From contig NW_026867501.1 in assembly GCF_020745735.1 (NCBI RefSeq), positions 248,001 to 312,000 of the forward strand: a DNA stretch of 64,000 nucleotides. The letters run 5' to 3'. Source of the DNA: Hemiscyllium ocellatum (taxonomy: Eukaryota). A program made the position numbers and the translations under genes. Below the pieces are notes generated by a model that saw only the letters and a program-made list of their open reading frames with translations, was not told the DNA's origin and ran no database searches. Below, one piece after another: positions 26,155-39,160 of the stretch. Numbering within the stretch: position 1 is the first letter of the stretch; each line of letters begins with the position of its first letter.

Positions 26155-29100
26155 CCGAAACAGACACGTGTTCCCTATCATCTTTAATGAAGACAATTGC
26201 ATCGTTGCCTGGTGAATTTGTTACGAAAGACGTATTGCACGTAGCAGGTATTTTATTTATTACTTGCCTTTTGAAACATGCCGTAACTGTATTACAGCAC
26301 CGAATTGCACGGATTCAATGTCACAAGATCAATTTAAATTAACGATTCAGAATGAGATATCATAAATCTGGGCTTCCGTTATTTGACAACCTAATCCACT
26401 ACAAACATGTCCTTGTAAATCAGGTATCACCATGTAGGTCTGAAATATTTACTGAAACTATATAACACGAGAAGATGAGAAAAGTCTCCAGTTTTAACAG
26501 GAAGGTGAGCTGAAACTTTAATGAAAGTAAACAAACCCATTGCTTTCAATATTTCCGGCCTCCAGTTTTTCATATCTATACATCTTTGTGCCAGGGAGCC
26601 CACACATCTGCAGAAATATTGAGAACCCTGCCAAAAACCCTGCACTGAGAATTCCAGTCAGTGTCTATCAGAGGGCGCTTTCAAATCGATAAATTAAACA
26701 ATTCTTCTGAAATGAAAACAGAGCATACTGAAGTGGCTGAGGAGGTCTGGCACCATCTGTGGAGAGAGAAACAAAGTCAGCGTGTCGAGGCTGCTGATGT
26801 GCCTCGAAGCCATGGAAGACTGAAAGAATACTACCAGCGCCCCGACAATTTATGCCATGATTTCCTTCAATGTCCTTCAATGTAGCTCGTTCAATCCCAG
26901 TGTCTTGTCAAATTTAAGTTTCAATAGTCTATCCAAGTATAGCCTTTTCTAAATTTTGAACTCTTCTGGTGAAACCATTTCGTCCTCTATCACAATGGCT
27001 GAGAAGGTAATCCCATCATTTGTAAATATAGGTGCAGTAGTATTAATTTTACACATTATTCCTGCCCCCAACGTCCACGTGAAAATACCACTTTTCTGGT
27101 CTTTGGCTGTGCTCTGCATTTATAATGTCATCGTTGTCCAGCATGGGAACTGATCCTTCGGTCGATCTTCCCTGTCCTGACAAAATACAAAAAGCTGGCA
27201 TGATTCCATACATCAGTCCTGAACTGTTTATACACCAAGAGAAGACTTTGAGATTTGTTTGTGGTAGTTCCTCTTCGGTTTTCTATTTCGTGTGTGTATG
27301 TCCACATCAATATGTCTATGCTTGGGTGTTCAACTCTGCACGTAATGACATATGCTTAGACTGGAGGTTGAATGAATTAAAGTGTCAAAACCTCTCTGCC
27401 TGATGCTTGCTATTCCAACTAAAATAATGCAGTGTTACAACCTGCTGACGAATCTGTGCTATTGCACAGTAGCACTGTTATTAGGGCTCCTCTTGGCTTG
27501 TTTTTCTGAGGGGTGCCATTTTAGTTTTTGGGGATTCCTTTCCATGCTCACTGACTAAATCATTTAATGATGCCATCAGCAAATAACAAAACTAAGGAAA
27601 GTACTTGCTCAACATCTGGTCTTCTGTTAGTTATCCAGTTATCTATTCACTATCAGATCACTGCAACGATGTAGTCTCTTGTTTCATTAAAATGTGGGAC
27701 CTTATCAAACGTCGTCTGAAATTACAATTACATTATATCTCCTAATTTTGTTTTATTTTTCCTACCTCCATGCCGTCCACGAATTTCTTTAAATTTGTCA
27801 GGCATGAATTCCCCTTTAATGAAGACATAATGGGTGCAGAGTTATAGGAAGAGAAGGCAAGTGGTATATTTATACGGTTAAGTGTACAATTCGGAGTTTA
27901 AAACGCATGATGATAGATAAAGTTCAGAATAAATACAGTAGTACAGACAGTAGTGTAACAGACAGCAAACTATAAAGGTTTAGATTGATGTGGGCCCCAG
28001 CGAAAGTACATCGTCATATGACTGTATACTATTTGTCAGTAAATATCACACTTCATTTGCAATGTTGAGCATTTCCAGAAGTGTTCAATTAATCACTAAT
28101 CTGAATTTAATCTGGGTTGAGTATACATAAATAGCTTGATGCAGGAACTCATAAACTGAAGCAGGTATCCATGTTCCTGTTGAATAAAATACAACTGACT
28201 TTAATTGAAACCTGAAAAATAAGGTACGTTTGGAATTCGGACATAGATGGTTGTTAAGAAAAATTACGCACACTGTTATGTGCATGAGTCAGAGGGAAGT
28301 GTGTACGGGTGGTTTACTCTTCGGAGGGTCGGTTTGGACTTGTTGGGACGAAGGGCTGCTTCCCACACTGTAGGTAATCTAAATTGTAGGGACATTATGC
28401 CAATTCACCACAGGACAGTGGCAATGTCACATTCTAGTTAAGTTTGCATAATAATAACAATGATAATATTACGTCAGTAATTCACCTGCATTGTCAGTGA
28501 CGGCCTTTAAATAGTCATGAAATTACGACAACAGTGTCATAATTTATTCAATATGTCTCTGTCCGCGTAAACGGTGTAAGTACATATATTTCGTCCTATT
28601 CTAGTAAAATCAGCGACACCGTTCAAACATTCAAATGGCAAAAGTCACAAGAAGATAGCATTAAGTCGAAGCTGAGAAAACACTTTGATAAAGTACTTTC
28701 TTCTTAACAAGAAGAAATTCCGCGTTTAAAGGAGTGCATTTATAACATTCATACCAAAAATAAACTCAATTGGCGAATTAATATCCTTATATTGGACAGT
28801 GATGATGTGAAACTGAATTCATGCCATGGAACGTAAAGAAAAAAAAACATGTTAAACTAGAACATACAGATGTGCTTCAGGTAAAATTGCAGCATTTCTA
28901 GAACCAAACAATGATACTCTCACCTGCAAACTCTCGACAGGACTTGACCTGGCATTCCGTTAGCTCTTTGGATAGGAAGATAAATGGCAAATCCCACAAA
29001 TGCTGGTGTTCTGTGCATTTTTAACAAAGGCTCTGAGTGTGCTGTGCAATGTCCTAAAATGTTCTCTATTATTCATAATAACAGGCTGCAGCGAGGTTAT

Positions 29101-29899
29101 TAGTTGGTTTGATGATTTGAACTAATTACATTTGTTTCAGGTGACAAATAATTGCAGCTGCTGCTCGAATGAAGTTTTTGATTTGGAGGAATATAATGTT
29201 TTTCCTTCATGGGATTTGACAAAGTTTAATTTGAGAATTAAAGAGAGTAATGATTATTCAAATTATATGAGTAACACAACACAACATATTATTTATAACT
29301 ACGTGATAAAATCCTAGATTTTAGTGAGTAACTTTGTGGTTACATCTATTTAAAATCTAAATAATTTGGTAACAATTTACCATTGTCTGTCAAATTGTGT
29401 GTTCTAGCTATTAGAGCCAATGCAAGCGTCTGGAGGCCAGGGAACAAACAAAGTTTATATTTTTATACAAAGATAAAGTATTTTCCACAAAAAGGCAACA
29501 GTTGTTGCTGAGACTTTGAATTTAAGCTGCTGACACATCAGTTTCATTGTTGAACTTAAAACGGTGGCCTTTAAAGTCGAGATCAGATCAAAATTTAAAC
29601 TTGTGCTGTCTTGTGCCAAAGATTAAAGAAGCGATAATATGAAGATTAACAGAAGACTGTAAAGTGGCCCTCTGCAACAGCATCTAATTGGTCAGTCATT
29701 GTTTACACAAGAGTGTGCTTAACTCCTGTTTTTAACAATCCAACTATCAATGAAAATTAAGCATGCAGATCTATTCTGAATAGTCGCATTCAGATATAAT
29801 GTTCTGCAGATTGGCATCGACAGATTGGCAAGATTGTTTTTGCGTAACCAAATGCTCAGATTGTCTGTGAGTACCTGTGAATATTGAACATCTTGAAGC

Positions 29900-30205
29900 A
29901 TAGCTATCGCCTTCACATAGAGAATCACGACAGTGTGGAAACAGGCCCACAACGACTCTCAGCAAAGTAACCCACCCAGACAGATTCACCAACCTGATTA
30001 CCTTATAATTACTCCTGACCAATGGGCAATTTATCATTGCTAATTCGCCAAACCTGCACATGTTTGGATTGTGGGAGGAAACTGCAGCGCACAGTGAAAA
30101 CCGATGCAAATACGGGGAAAATATGCACACTCCACATTGACAGTCAATTGAGATTAGTCTCGAACCGAGTCCCTGGCGGCAATGCTAACCACTGAGCCAC
30201 CGTGA
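29900..30205 (-). mobile_element. tRNA-derived SINE (HE1-like)
   Basis: Minus strand: CACGGTGGCTCAGTGGTTAGCATTGCC (A-box head), then TGTGGAGTGTGCATATTTTCCCCGT...TTCCTCCCACAATCCAAA. Confidence 0.8.
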
Positions 30206-30739
30206 TACCTGCAGAACAATGCAGTCCAGGTTACTGAAATCCAGTTCAGTGAGGTAAATGTCACCTGGATCTGAATATAGAGAAACTGTGACATAAGTGA
30301 CTCTTAAGAAAAAGAAGCTGAGTAAGCTGATTAACATCAAAACAAAGGACAAGACGAATGCAGGGAGGTTCAGCAGTTGCAGAAAGATCTAAAAAACAAA
30401 TCAATGTACATAAATATTTGAAGTTGTCCGATAGGGTAGAAAGAATAAAAAGAAGTACATTATCTAAATGGCAAGAGTTGCAGAGCTCAGAGATGCAGAA
30501 GGGTGTCACGGTCCATGAAGAATGGCAGGTTAGGAATGACGAGCAGGAAATAATTAGGAAAATTGATAGAATATTTTCATTTTTGTCCAATGGATCTCAT
30601 AGAGCCATAGATTCACGTTTTGTTACTCAACCAGAGACGGCTATTCAACAGCTTAGTGTAAAACTCATGAAACTTCTGCACATAACCTTCGCACTTTTTT
30701 GATATTCATAAGAAAGGCTACTGCAAAAAAACACTGAGG

Positions 30740-31780
30740 TAGGACATTGAGGGTGAGTTAGAGGTTTGAATCAGGAATTGGCTGGCTGGAAGAAGACAGA
30801 GGGTAGTAGTTGATGGTAAAGGTTCATCTCTGAGTGCAATTACTAGCGGTTTTCGGCAAGGATCTGTTTTGGGACCATTCCTGTTTGTCATTTTCATAAA
30901 TGACCTGGAGGAGGGGCTAGAAGGTTGGGTGAGCAAGTTTGCGGATGATACAAACGTCGGTGGAGTTTTTGGCAATGAGGAAGGATGTGGCAGGTTACAG
31001 CGGGATATAGATAAGCTGCAGAGCTGGGCAGAAAGATGGCAAATGGAGTTCAATGTAGGTAAATGTGAAGTAATTCCCTTTGGTAAGAGTAACAAGAAGG
31101 TGGAGCACTGGACTAATGGTCGGATACTTGGTAGTGTGGATGAGCAGAGAGATCTTGGTGTCCATGTAGGAAGAAGGCATATGGCATACTGGCTCTTATT
31201 GGTAGAGGAATTGAGTTCCAGAGTCCTGAGGTCATGTTGCAGTTGTATAAGTTTCTGGTTCGGCTGCATCTGGAGTATTATGTGCAGGTTTGGTCGCCAT
31301 ACCATAGGAAGGATGTGGAGGCATTGGAACCGGGTGCAGAGGAGGTTTATCAGGATGTTGTCTGGTATGGTAGGAAGATCATATGAGGAAAGCTGAGGCA
31401 CTTGGGCTGTTTTCATTGGAGAAAAGAAGGTTTAAGGTGACTTGATAGAAGTGCACAAGATGATTAGGGGTTTAGATAGGGTTGACCATGAGAACCGTTT
31501 TCCATGTATGGAGTCAGCTATTACGAGGGGGCATAGCTTTAAATTAGGCGGAGGTAGGTGTAGCGCAGATGTTAGGGGTAGATTCTTTACTCAGTGAGTC
31601 GTGAGTTCATGGAATGCCCTGCCAGTATCAGTGGTGGACTCTCCCTCTTTATGGGCATTTAAACGGGCATTGGATAGGCATATGGAGGATAACGGGCTAG
31701 TGTAGGTTAGGTGGACTTGGGTCGGCGCAACATCGAGGGCCAAAGCGTCTGTTCTGCGCTGTATTAATCTATGTTCTATG
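30740..31780 (+). mobile_element. CR1 LINE 3' fragment with tail
   Basis: LGPFLFVIFINDLEEG...SKFADDTNVGG, then the CR1 C-terminus, ending in a TCTATGTTCTATGTT tail. Confidence 0.92.
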
Positions 31781-33701
31781 TTAATATCCAATTCCCTCTT
31801 TAGTATCTCAATTAAAACTGACTGCAGCCTCTTCTAGGCTTTTCACCCATAAACATATGGCTCATTGTGTGAAAAAGAGTTTATGTCATCCATTTCGCAA
31901 TGCTTCTTCCGGAATATTACAAGATTAGAATATCATTTTATTGTCACGTGCACATTGCAAGAGTACAGTGAAAATCATTTGCAATGACTGCCTTCCTATA
32001 GCGAAATATTAGGGGTACACGTTTTCAGTACAAATCTTCAATACAACAGTCAAATACAAGTAATTGCATTATTATACCAAGTTGAAGAACACGTTTAAAA
32101 ATATAAGTAGACATAATGTCACAGCAGCTCACCACAGTGTCTCTGTATGTGGTTGGACCAAGCACGCCAGGTCTCAGACCGCCATCCACCAGCAATCCTC
32201 GCGCTGCTCTAAGCCACAGTTCATTTCATATCAGCATTGAACTGTTCCAGAGTAATTCATGGACTGCTTCCTCCGTACCAGTGTCTGCCTGTGACTCACT
32301 GCCTATCCGGTGCTCTGTGGCTGGTTGCTGGTGTGCTGCTGTAGGACTGCTTCCACGCACTGTTCTGTCCCCCTGCTTCAAACCGACAAACCTTACGCAG
32401 TTCCAGAGGTCGTGGCCCATTTGTTGCTTCGGGGCTATTGGTTCTTACAATGCACTGGGGCTAGTGGCCCACGTACTGTTAAATCGGTGTGTGCTGGCTC
32501 CTAATATTTTAGGAGAGGGAACACTTTCTCGCATTCTATTCTAAACAGAAACTTATACAGCATTCAGAAAGTTCTGCTTCAGATTCGCATTTGTTTGTGT
32601 GAACACAACTGTCGTTCTATGCACTGTACTGAACTCTAGTTCAGAAGAGTGAGAATGTATTGAAAGCAGTACACCGATATTTTACTGAAGCAATGTCTCG
32701 AATGGTTGACTTGCGAAGTCAGCATGAACAGTTGAGACTTGTTAATTGGAGGCCAGAAGAGAAAGAGTCCATTTCACTCGCAAATATAAGACCTTGGTAG
32801 GTTTTCACAAGTCAAGTATATAAAGAATGTTTTATTTTCTCGGCGAAACTTGAACTCGGAATCCCAGGTGAACGATGAGGATTCGATCATTTACTACACA
32901 GATAAAGATGATTTATTTCCTCGCAGAGGTCTGTGAGGTTTTGGAACTTTCTTTCTCTACAGGCACTACAGCAGGTATTTGAACATTTTAAGGCAAATTT
33001 AGATACATTCTTGCTTTTAAAAAGGCATGGATCTTAATTGTCAGTCGATGGGAATGCGGAGGATTCAGATAAATCTTGGACTTTTTAAACGTCACGACAG
33101 GCTTGAGTTTTTGAATCCAACTGTGAAATTGTACATTGGTATGAAACCCTTCATAAAATGAATACTTGAAGATGTTTCCAAACAGTGTTTCACGATGTTG
33201 ACAATTCGACTGAGTTATCTCACATGTGAACCTAAGACTCAGAGGTCAGACAGATACGGATTGACTGAGTCCAAGGCGCTCTCCACCTGATTATATATTG
33301 AACCAAAATCATGCCAATCAGTTCAGGGGAATACTAATGACTCCATGTTAGTAATGGAATGTAGCGAGTGGGGTTTCCAGATTGTGAAAGAAATCGCGAG
33401 ACCCTGGACCAACATTTCAAACTCAAAGAAAAGCACAAATGAAACCAGATGACCAACTTTCCCGCTCAGCTCTCTGGGTGGACGTAGATGCAGCCTCTAC
33501 TCACACAACAGTTTCCAACCCCACCCCCTGTACGTCAGTGTAACGTTGGCAATGATTTCACATCCGGATCAAGAACAGCTGCATCTGCATGTTAACTTGA
33601 TCATTCTGCTTCATTTTAGTCCAGCTCTGAGCTGCCTTCTCCCAGAGGAGCAGTCAGCTTCCAGACTGCATGAAACATCTGCTACACCAGGCAGCAGCAC
33701 G

Positions 33702-34164
33702 ATGGGAGTTATACTTGTCCTTTTACAGTGTACCTATATACTCGGTTAGTACGGATCCAACAATCCAACATGGTGCACAATTAGTACAAAGCTTCCCGAA
33801 TCCATGAAAAAAAAATCGGCATTGTCTCTGGTTCAGTTCCTTTGTGCGGACTAATATCTCTCCGTTTAATTTCCAGAATCCGTTTGTCAGTCAGTGGTAC
33901 AGTCCCCACCAGCGGACATCAAGAAAGAGTGCCAGTCTTTCAGCATCGACTGCGTTTTCTACGGTGGCTTCTTTGCATATCCTTTGAAGCGGGGGGAGTT
34001 CTTCAAACAAACAGAGACTGGAACAAAACGAGAGCGGATCTTGTCAGGAGGACGGTTTGTTGTGAGGACGAACACAGCAGAAAAGACATTTTCGCTGCAG
34101 GTTCAGGATGTGAATGTTAAGGACACTGCCACATATTATTGTAAAGCCTGGTATAGATATAGCA
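33702..34164 (+). CDS. NAR-TCR V segment (IgNAR-like V domain of TCR delta): leader 33702-33744, intron, V exon 33877-34164
   Basis: Leader MGVILVLLQCTYIL-G|GTTAGT and acceptor TTTAATTTCCAG. Open V exon ESVCQSVVQSPPADIKKECQSFSIDCVFYGGFFAYPLKRGEFFKQTETGTKRERILSGGRFVVRTNTAEKTFSLQVQDVNVKDTATYYCKAWYRYS. It has the VNAR-like motif ERI..GGRFV...N...K.FSL. The C23-C104 spacing is 63 aa versus 71-72 in the other two intact Vs, consistent with no CDR2. Extra FR1 Cys at 33930. Confidence 0.92.
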
Positions 34165-34203
34165 CACAGTGATTTGACCCGGTCTCCCACCATACCAAAA
34201 AAC
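34165..34203 (+). other. 23-RSS of the NAR-TCR V
   Basis: CACAGTG (34165-34171), 23 nt, CCAAAAAAC (7/9 consensus). Confidence 0.85.
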
Positions 34204-34545
34204 TCTCCGCATGTTATCACAGATGTAAATGAAATTCCGAAGCCCTTTAGCCTTGAACTCCCCACGTCTCCATCTCTGACCACCAACTCCACAGTCCAGT
34301 TTATACCAAAACTAGGTTGTCGCTGTTATCATTTTGAGTTTTGTTAATGCTGAAAACGTTCGTTAGTGATGTCTTTTGTTTGATCGCTGTTAATTAATCC
34401 GTGTTGGGAATGACTGATCCCTCTTAAGCGTCACTAATAACAGATGGGATCCAATTCTGATGCTGGGACCTGGAGCCGCTTTTAAAACAAAAAAAATCGC
34501 TTCTGATTCATACCGAGAGATTTGATGCTGACTAGAAACATTGTG

Positions 34546-34560
34546 TGACTACTGGAATTA
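34546..34560 (+). other. NAR-TCR D segment TGACTACTGGAATTA with 12-RSS on both sides
   Basis: 5' side: AGATTTGAT (34518-34526), 12 nt, CATTGTG (34539-34545). 3' side: CACGGTG (34561-34567), 12 nt, ACAAATATC (34580-34588). Frames DYWN and TTGI are open; the third begins with TGA. Confidence 0.85.
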
Positions 34561-34937
34561 CACGGTGAATGAGACCTAAACAAATATCATGTCCAATTAC
34601 AATCAATGTTCTGTGGCACGTCGCTACGTATGCATTAGAAGAAATTGGCGTCCTGGTTTGGTTTTATTGTACTTTCTGACTTCTATTCTGGATATTTTGC
34701 ATTGCACTCAATTTTTGAGAAGAGCTAATCTCCAGTTCAGGTTATTGTGCCTTGTCTCTAAGATTTTAGAATTTCCTCAAGGTCAACTTGAACTGACGTA
34801 TTATATCCAAATTGGAATTGAGTGTACTGACTCAAAGCAACTCGATAATGAGGTAGAACCGAGTGATGATTTTTACCCAAGAGATTGGTGTGTCAGTAGT
34901 TATTTGCAAAGGTGTGACCGAGAACCTTGTCATTGTG

Positions 34938-34990
34938 GTACTACGAAGACACAGTGGATGGATCTGGGACAATGGTAACTGTCACAGCTG
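34938..34990 (+). CDS. NAR-TCR J segment (YYEDTVDGSGTMVTVTA), phase-1 donor
   Basis: GTTATTTGC (34899-34907), 23 nt, CATTGTG (34931-34937). GSGT-x-VTV J motif with IgNAR-like DG in place of FG/WG. Donor GTAAGT at 34991. Confidence 0.88.
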
Positions 34991-36189
34991 GTAAGTGAAT
35001 TCAAAACCGACCGTGTTCAACATTGTGCAGGAAACTACTTACTGTAGTTGTATTCTTGTGATCTATATTCCCCCAACATAACTTCATGTAAAATAAACAT
35101 TTCTCTCAGGTAAGTTTTCATTGCAATTTTAGATTTGAGAGCAGAATTAGCAGCATGATTCATGGCTGAGAGTTAAACCTGAGACAAGCGTCAATAAGTT
35201 TGGTTGACCTGATCTGTATCATTCTTAGAAAAAAAAGGACATAAGATAATGCAAACATAATCCCAGTCTCTCACTCTCAATGTCAATTGCTTTAAATGGA
35301 TTCAGGTTATCAAACTGCTAAGTCCCAAGCACACATGTTGAATTGGATGTTACAGCGAACAATGGAACTGTCTTATGTGCAAAGGATTTCTGGCTGATTC
35401 TGACAATGGGAATGAGGAATCAGGAAAGAACACCTTGTTTTGCAATGATTTGTCTGAGATCTGGAGTGGCACAAAGCCAAGAACATGTTAGAGCAGGCTA
35501 CAGATTTCCTAGTTTTAGTCCTGGCAGAATTTTACAATTAGGCAGTCAGTGACTGAACTTAATTTTATCCTTTCTGATGTTTCTTTCTGTTGCCTAAATA
35601 TTCGCATTAATTTCACCCCTTTCCTCCCTTAGAAAGAAAAGATAAACTTCAGGCACCCACCCATCGTAAATGTTAATTTTTGAAATGCTGATGCTGGTTT
35701 TTTTCGACTGGGATCTCGAATTTCCTGGCAAAGCACGAACAGCCAGATAAGAAACGAATGCAACGTTCCCTTTGAGTTCAACCTTTCAATTCATAGAAAG
35801 CAGACAATCAACGCAGTATTTAACAGTTTGACTAGAATCTAGATAATGCCTGATTTTGATAAACTGGCTCGTTTCAATCTGATAATTCATGGTCATTTCT
35901 GACTTTCGCACTCAAGTACCCGTCCAAGCGATGTCCGGTTTTAAGATGTTGCCCGGTTTGTCACTGTAGACGTCTCCAAAGTCTTTCTTTTATAACGACA
36001 TTTTTTCCAGGTTCATGTCATGCCACCCTTGAATAACACTCTTATAACACTGAACTCATTAATTTAACTGTCGTGTAAACAAGAGACATAAATATCCACT
36101 GTATGTTGAGTCAGTCTAAATACAGAGGCGAATTAACCTTTAATATCAGTGGGTTGCTAAGGCCTTGTGTTTCGTTTTGCTTCTTCCTT

Positions 36190-37230
36190 TCACAGCAAGC
36201 GGATCTATTGTTCGGTCAGAGGGTGGTGGTGCAGTGTTGCTCTGAGAACTGGGGGACTGTGACCAGCGGTATGTCACAAGGATCGGTGCTGGGTGAACTG
36301 CTTTTTGAATGTGAATAACGGAGGTCTAGTTAATAAGATTCGAAGAGACGCCAAAGTTGGTGATATAGTAGACAAAATAAATTACCTCAGAAACAACTAG
36401 ATCTTGGTAAGATGGTTGTTGGGTTGTGGAATGGCAAACAGTGTTTAGAATCGATGAAAGATGAGATGCAGCCTTTTTTAGTGCAAATAATGGCAGACGT
36501 CTACATTTAGTGGTAAGGACCTGGTGAGCCTTGACATATAAAGAGATGTACTGCAGGTTCTTTGCAATTGGAGTCGCAGGTAGACAGTAAAGTGAAGAAG
36601 GAGTTTCTGAAGCGTCCCATTCTTTGTCAGTGCATTCAATATAACACTTAGGAGGGTCACGTTGCACCTGAACAGGACATTGGTTAGGCCATTCGTATAC
36701 TGCGTTCAATTCTGGTATCCCTGCTATAAGAAAGATATTGTGAAACTTATAAAGGACTCAGAAGAGATTTGCACATATGTTCCGAGGTTTTGAGGCATAA
36801 GCAGATACATAATGCACTGAGGATTTTCTCTCCCTCGAGATTCAGAGGCTGTGTTGTGACATGACAGAAGTTTGTTAAATGATGAGCAGAATAGATAGAG
36901 TGAATAGCCAATATCTTTTCCACAGCGTGAGGGAGTCCAAAATTAGAGAGCATCGCTTTCATGCGAGGGGGGAGATTTAAACGGAACCTAAACGTTAACT
37001 TTCTCATGTTGAGTGTGGCGCGCTTTTGGAATGAACTGCCAGAGCAAGGCACACACACAGTTACAATTGCAACATTTGAAAGTCAACAGGATAGGCATTT
37101 AAATAGGAAGGCTGACGTGGGACGTGGAATGTGGGATAAATGCTGGCAATTGGGACTAGATTAATTGAAGATTCCTCATCATCATGGACGAATTGGTCTG
37201 ATCGGTCTGTTTCCATGCTAGACATCTCTT
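36190..37230 (+). mobile_element. CR1 LINE 3' fragment inside the J to supporting-V intron
   Basis: VTSGMSQGSVLGELLF, REHRFHARGRFKRNL and WNELPE-type CR1 C-terminal motifs; degraded. Confidence 0.8.
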
Positions 37231-38360
37231 TGAATCTACGAAATTGAAGTTCAACTTCAAACACAGGGGCACAGTTACCTATAGGATTACAGGGGGTTGT
37301 ATTATATTAACCATAATTTATGAAAACGGCTGTACTTAATAAAAACGTATCCATTTCTTAAGGGATCTGATAAATAATCCACATTGTGATAGATGTTTTA
37401 ATGCAAACGATGTCAAAGTATTTGGAAATAGTGGGGGGCATAATGCGAAGACAGATGAGCCACGCTGATGTTCCTCAATTTTCCGGCCCTATTTAAGGGA
37501 GGAATAGCCTCTCCTGTTCAGATTTTTGCATCATCAACTTGATTTAGTTTTACACCATTCAATAAAAGCTTGAGCAGGATTATGTGTCATTTTGAAAGTT
37601 TGAAAAGCCTGGGGCTCCTTTCGAAATTTGGCAGAATGAAAAGGTTCCAGAGAAATCATTGACCTTCACTTAATAGCGAAACCAAATGCATGTGGAGACT
37701 GGTCCAATTGTATGTCACTCAATACGAAAGCGCCTTGCAATACATGAAGTGCCAAGACAATAGATAGATATATTCGGGGGAATTTATTTGAACTGGGACA
37801 GTTCAGAATGTGGAGCTGGCTGACAAGTGGATTGGTTGGAACGAATGGTTCATTATGATGATGGCGTCATTGCAAAATAGAGAAAGAAAACTGGAAGGGA
37901 ATGGAAGGAAATGGGAATCAGTTAGAAACGTGATAGTTCCAGTTTAGGAGGGAGAAGGCATTTGGAGCGCAGAAAAACAGATGCAGTCAATTACCCTGAA
38001 TGGACGATGCTTGATCTGATGTCTCCATGTGATTCAAATTTCAGAGAACACCTTGCCAGAAATCTCGGAGAACTGTTCATCAATGGAGTGAGGCATTGAA
38101 ATTGTCAGATATCCTGAGAATCTAGTTCTCAGTGCCTGAAAAACCACTGTGTAAGTGCCAATGCCGGAACCCAAATGTCAGTTGTGCGACTTTGGAACCA
38201 ATTCACAGGATGGGAAACAGCAAGCCAATGTCACAAAATGAGAGCTATAGATTTTCAAATGAAATGATTTGAAGAAATTATTAGAGAAGTGAAATCAAAA
38301 GAGATTAGTTCCATGGTATATGGAAAGACGAATAGTTCCAAGGTTAGCCTGGAGCTACAG

Positions 38361-38680
38361 TGTGGTTATGGAATGTCGCAGTACGTTGACATACAGGCAT
38401 AAAATAATGAAACTGTTGTGATAAATTGCAAAATTATACAATCATTCTCATAAGCTATAGTGAAAGGAGCATTCAGTCCAAAAGCATTTAGATTGTTAAA
38501 TCTGTAGAACATGCTTTGAAACCAACGAGAACATTGTATTAGTTAGTGGGAAACGCCATTTTGGACGGATGTGAAGGCAGGAGAGAGCATGCAGAAACAT
38601 ATACATGAATTATTTCACGGTATAACGAATTTGGAGCTGGAGCTGGATTGAAGATGTTCTGGCTACTTTTCTTCAACAAG
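38361..38680 (+). pseudogene. Possible decayed V relic inside the J to supporting-V intron
   Basis: MSQYVDIQA*NNETVVINCK, then KEHSVQKHLD in another frame, then FHGITNLELELD..SGYF. Spacing is imperfect and the 3' end is overwritten by a CR1 tail. Confidence 0.3.
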
Positions 38681-38689
38681 TGAAGTTCG

Positions 38690-39160
38690 AAAAAAATCGA
38701 GAACAAAGAACAATACAGCACAAGATCAGGGCCTTCACTTCTCTGAGTTTCCATTGACACATTTTCCCTTCCATACCACAACTTTCTCCACACATGATCT
38801 GTATCTTTTCATTCCCTTCCTTTCAGTGTATTCGTCCAGGTACTTGTTGAAATCTGCTACTGTGCCTGCTTACATCGTCTCCTTTTGCAACGCCTTCCGG
38901 GCACTCCCCTCTCTTTGTGTGAAAAACTTGGATCGCGTACCTCTTCTACGATCTCCCGCCTCGCACCTTGAACTTGTTTCGCCGAGGAATTCATCCCTCC
39001 ACCCTGGGAAAAAAAACTCATACTTTCCATCCCCTTCGTGCAATTCACAATCTTACAGGCGTCTGTCAGATCGCCCTGCAATCTCCTGCGTTCCTGTGGC
39101 AACAAACCCATTCTACCCAAACTTTTTTCACAGCTAAAATCCTCCATACCAGGGAAGTCC
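38690..39160 (-). mobile_element. CR1 LINE 3' fragment
   Basis: ORF 38857-39303 (-) contains ERRRLQGDLTDACKIV. The tail reads GAACAAAGAACAATACAGCAC on the + strand. Confidence 0.8.

Noticed and set aside
34204-34500. Second D segment between the NAR V and D (CACAGTC at 34290; GAGTTTTGT at 34337)
   Set aside because: No heptamer and nonamer pair at 12 or 23 spacing.
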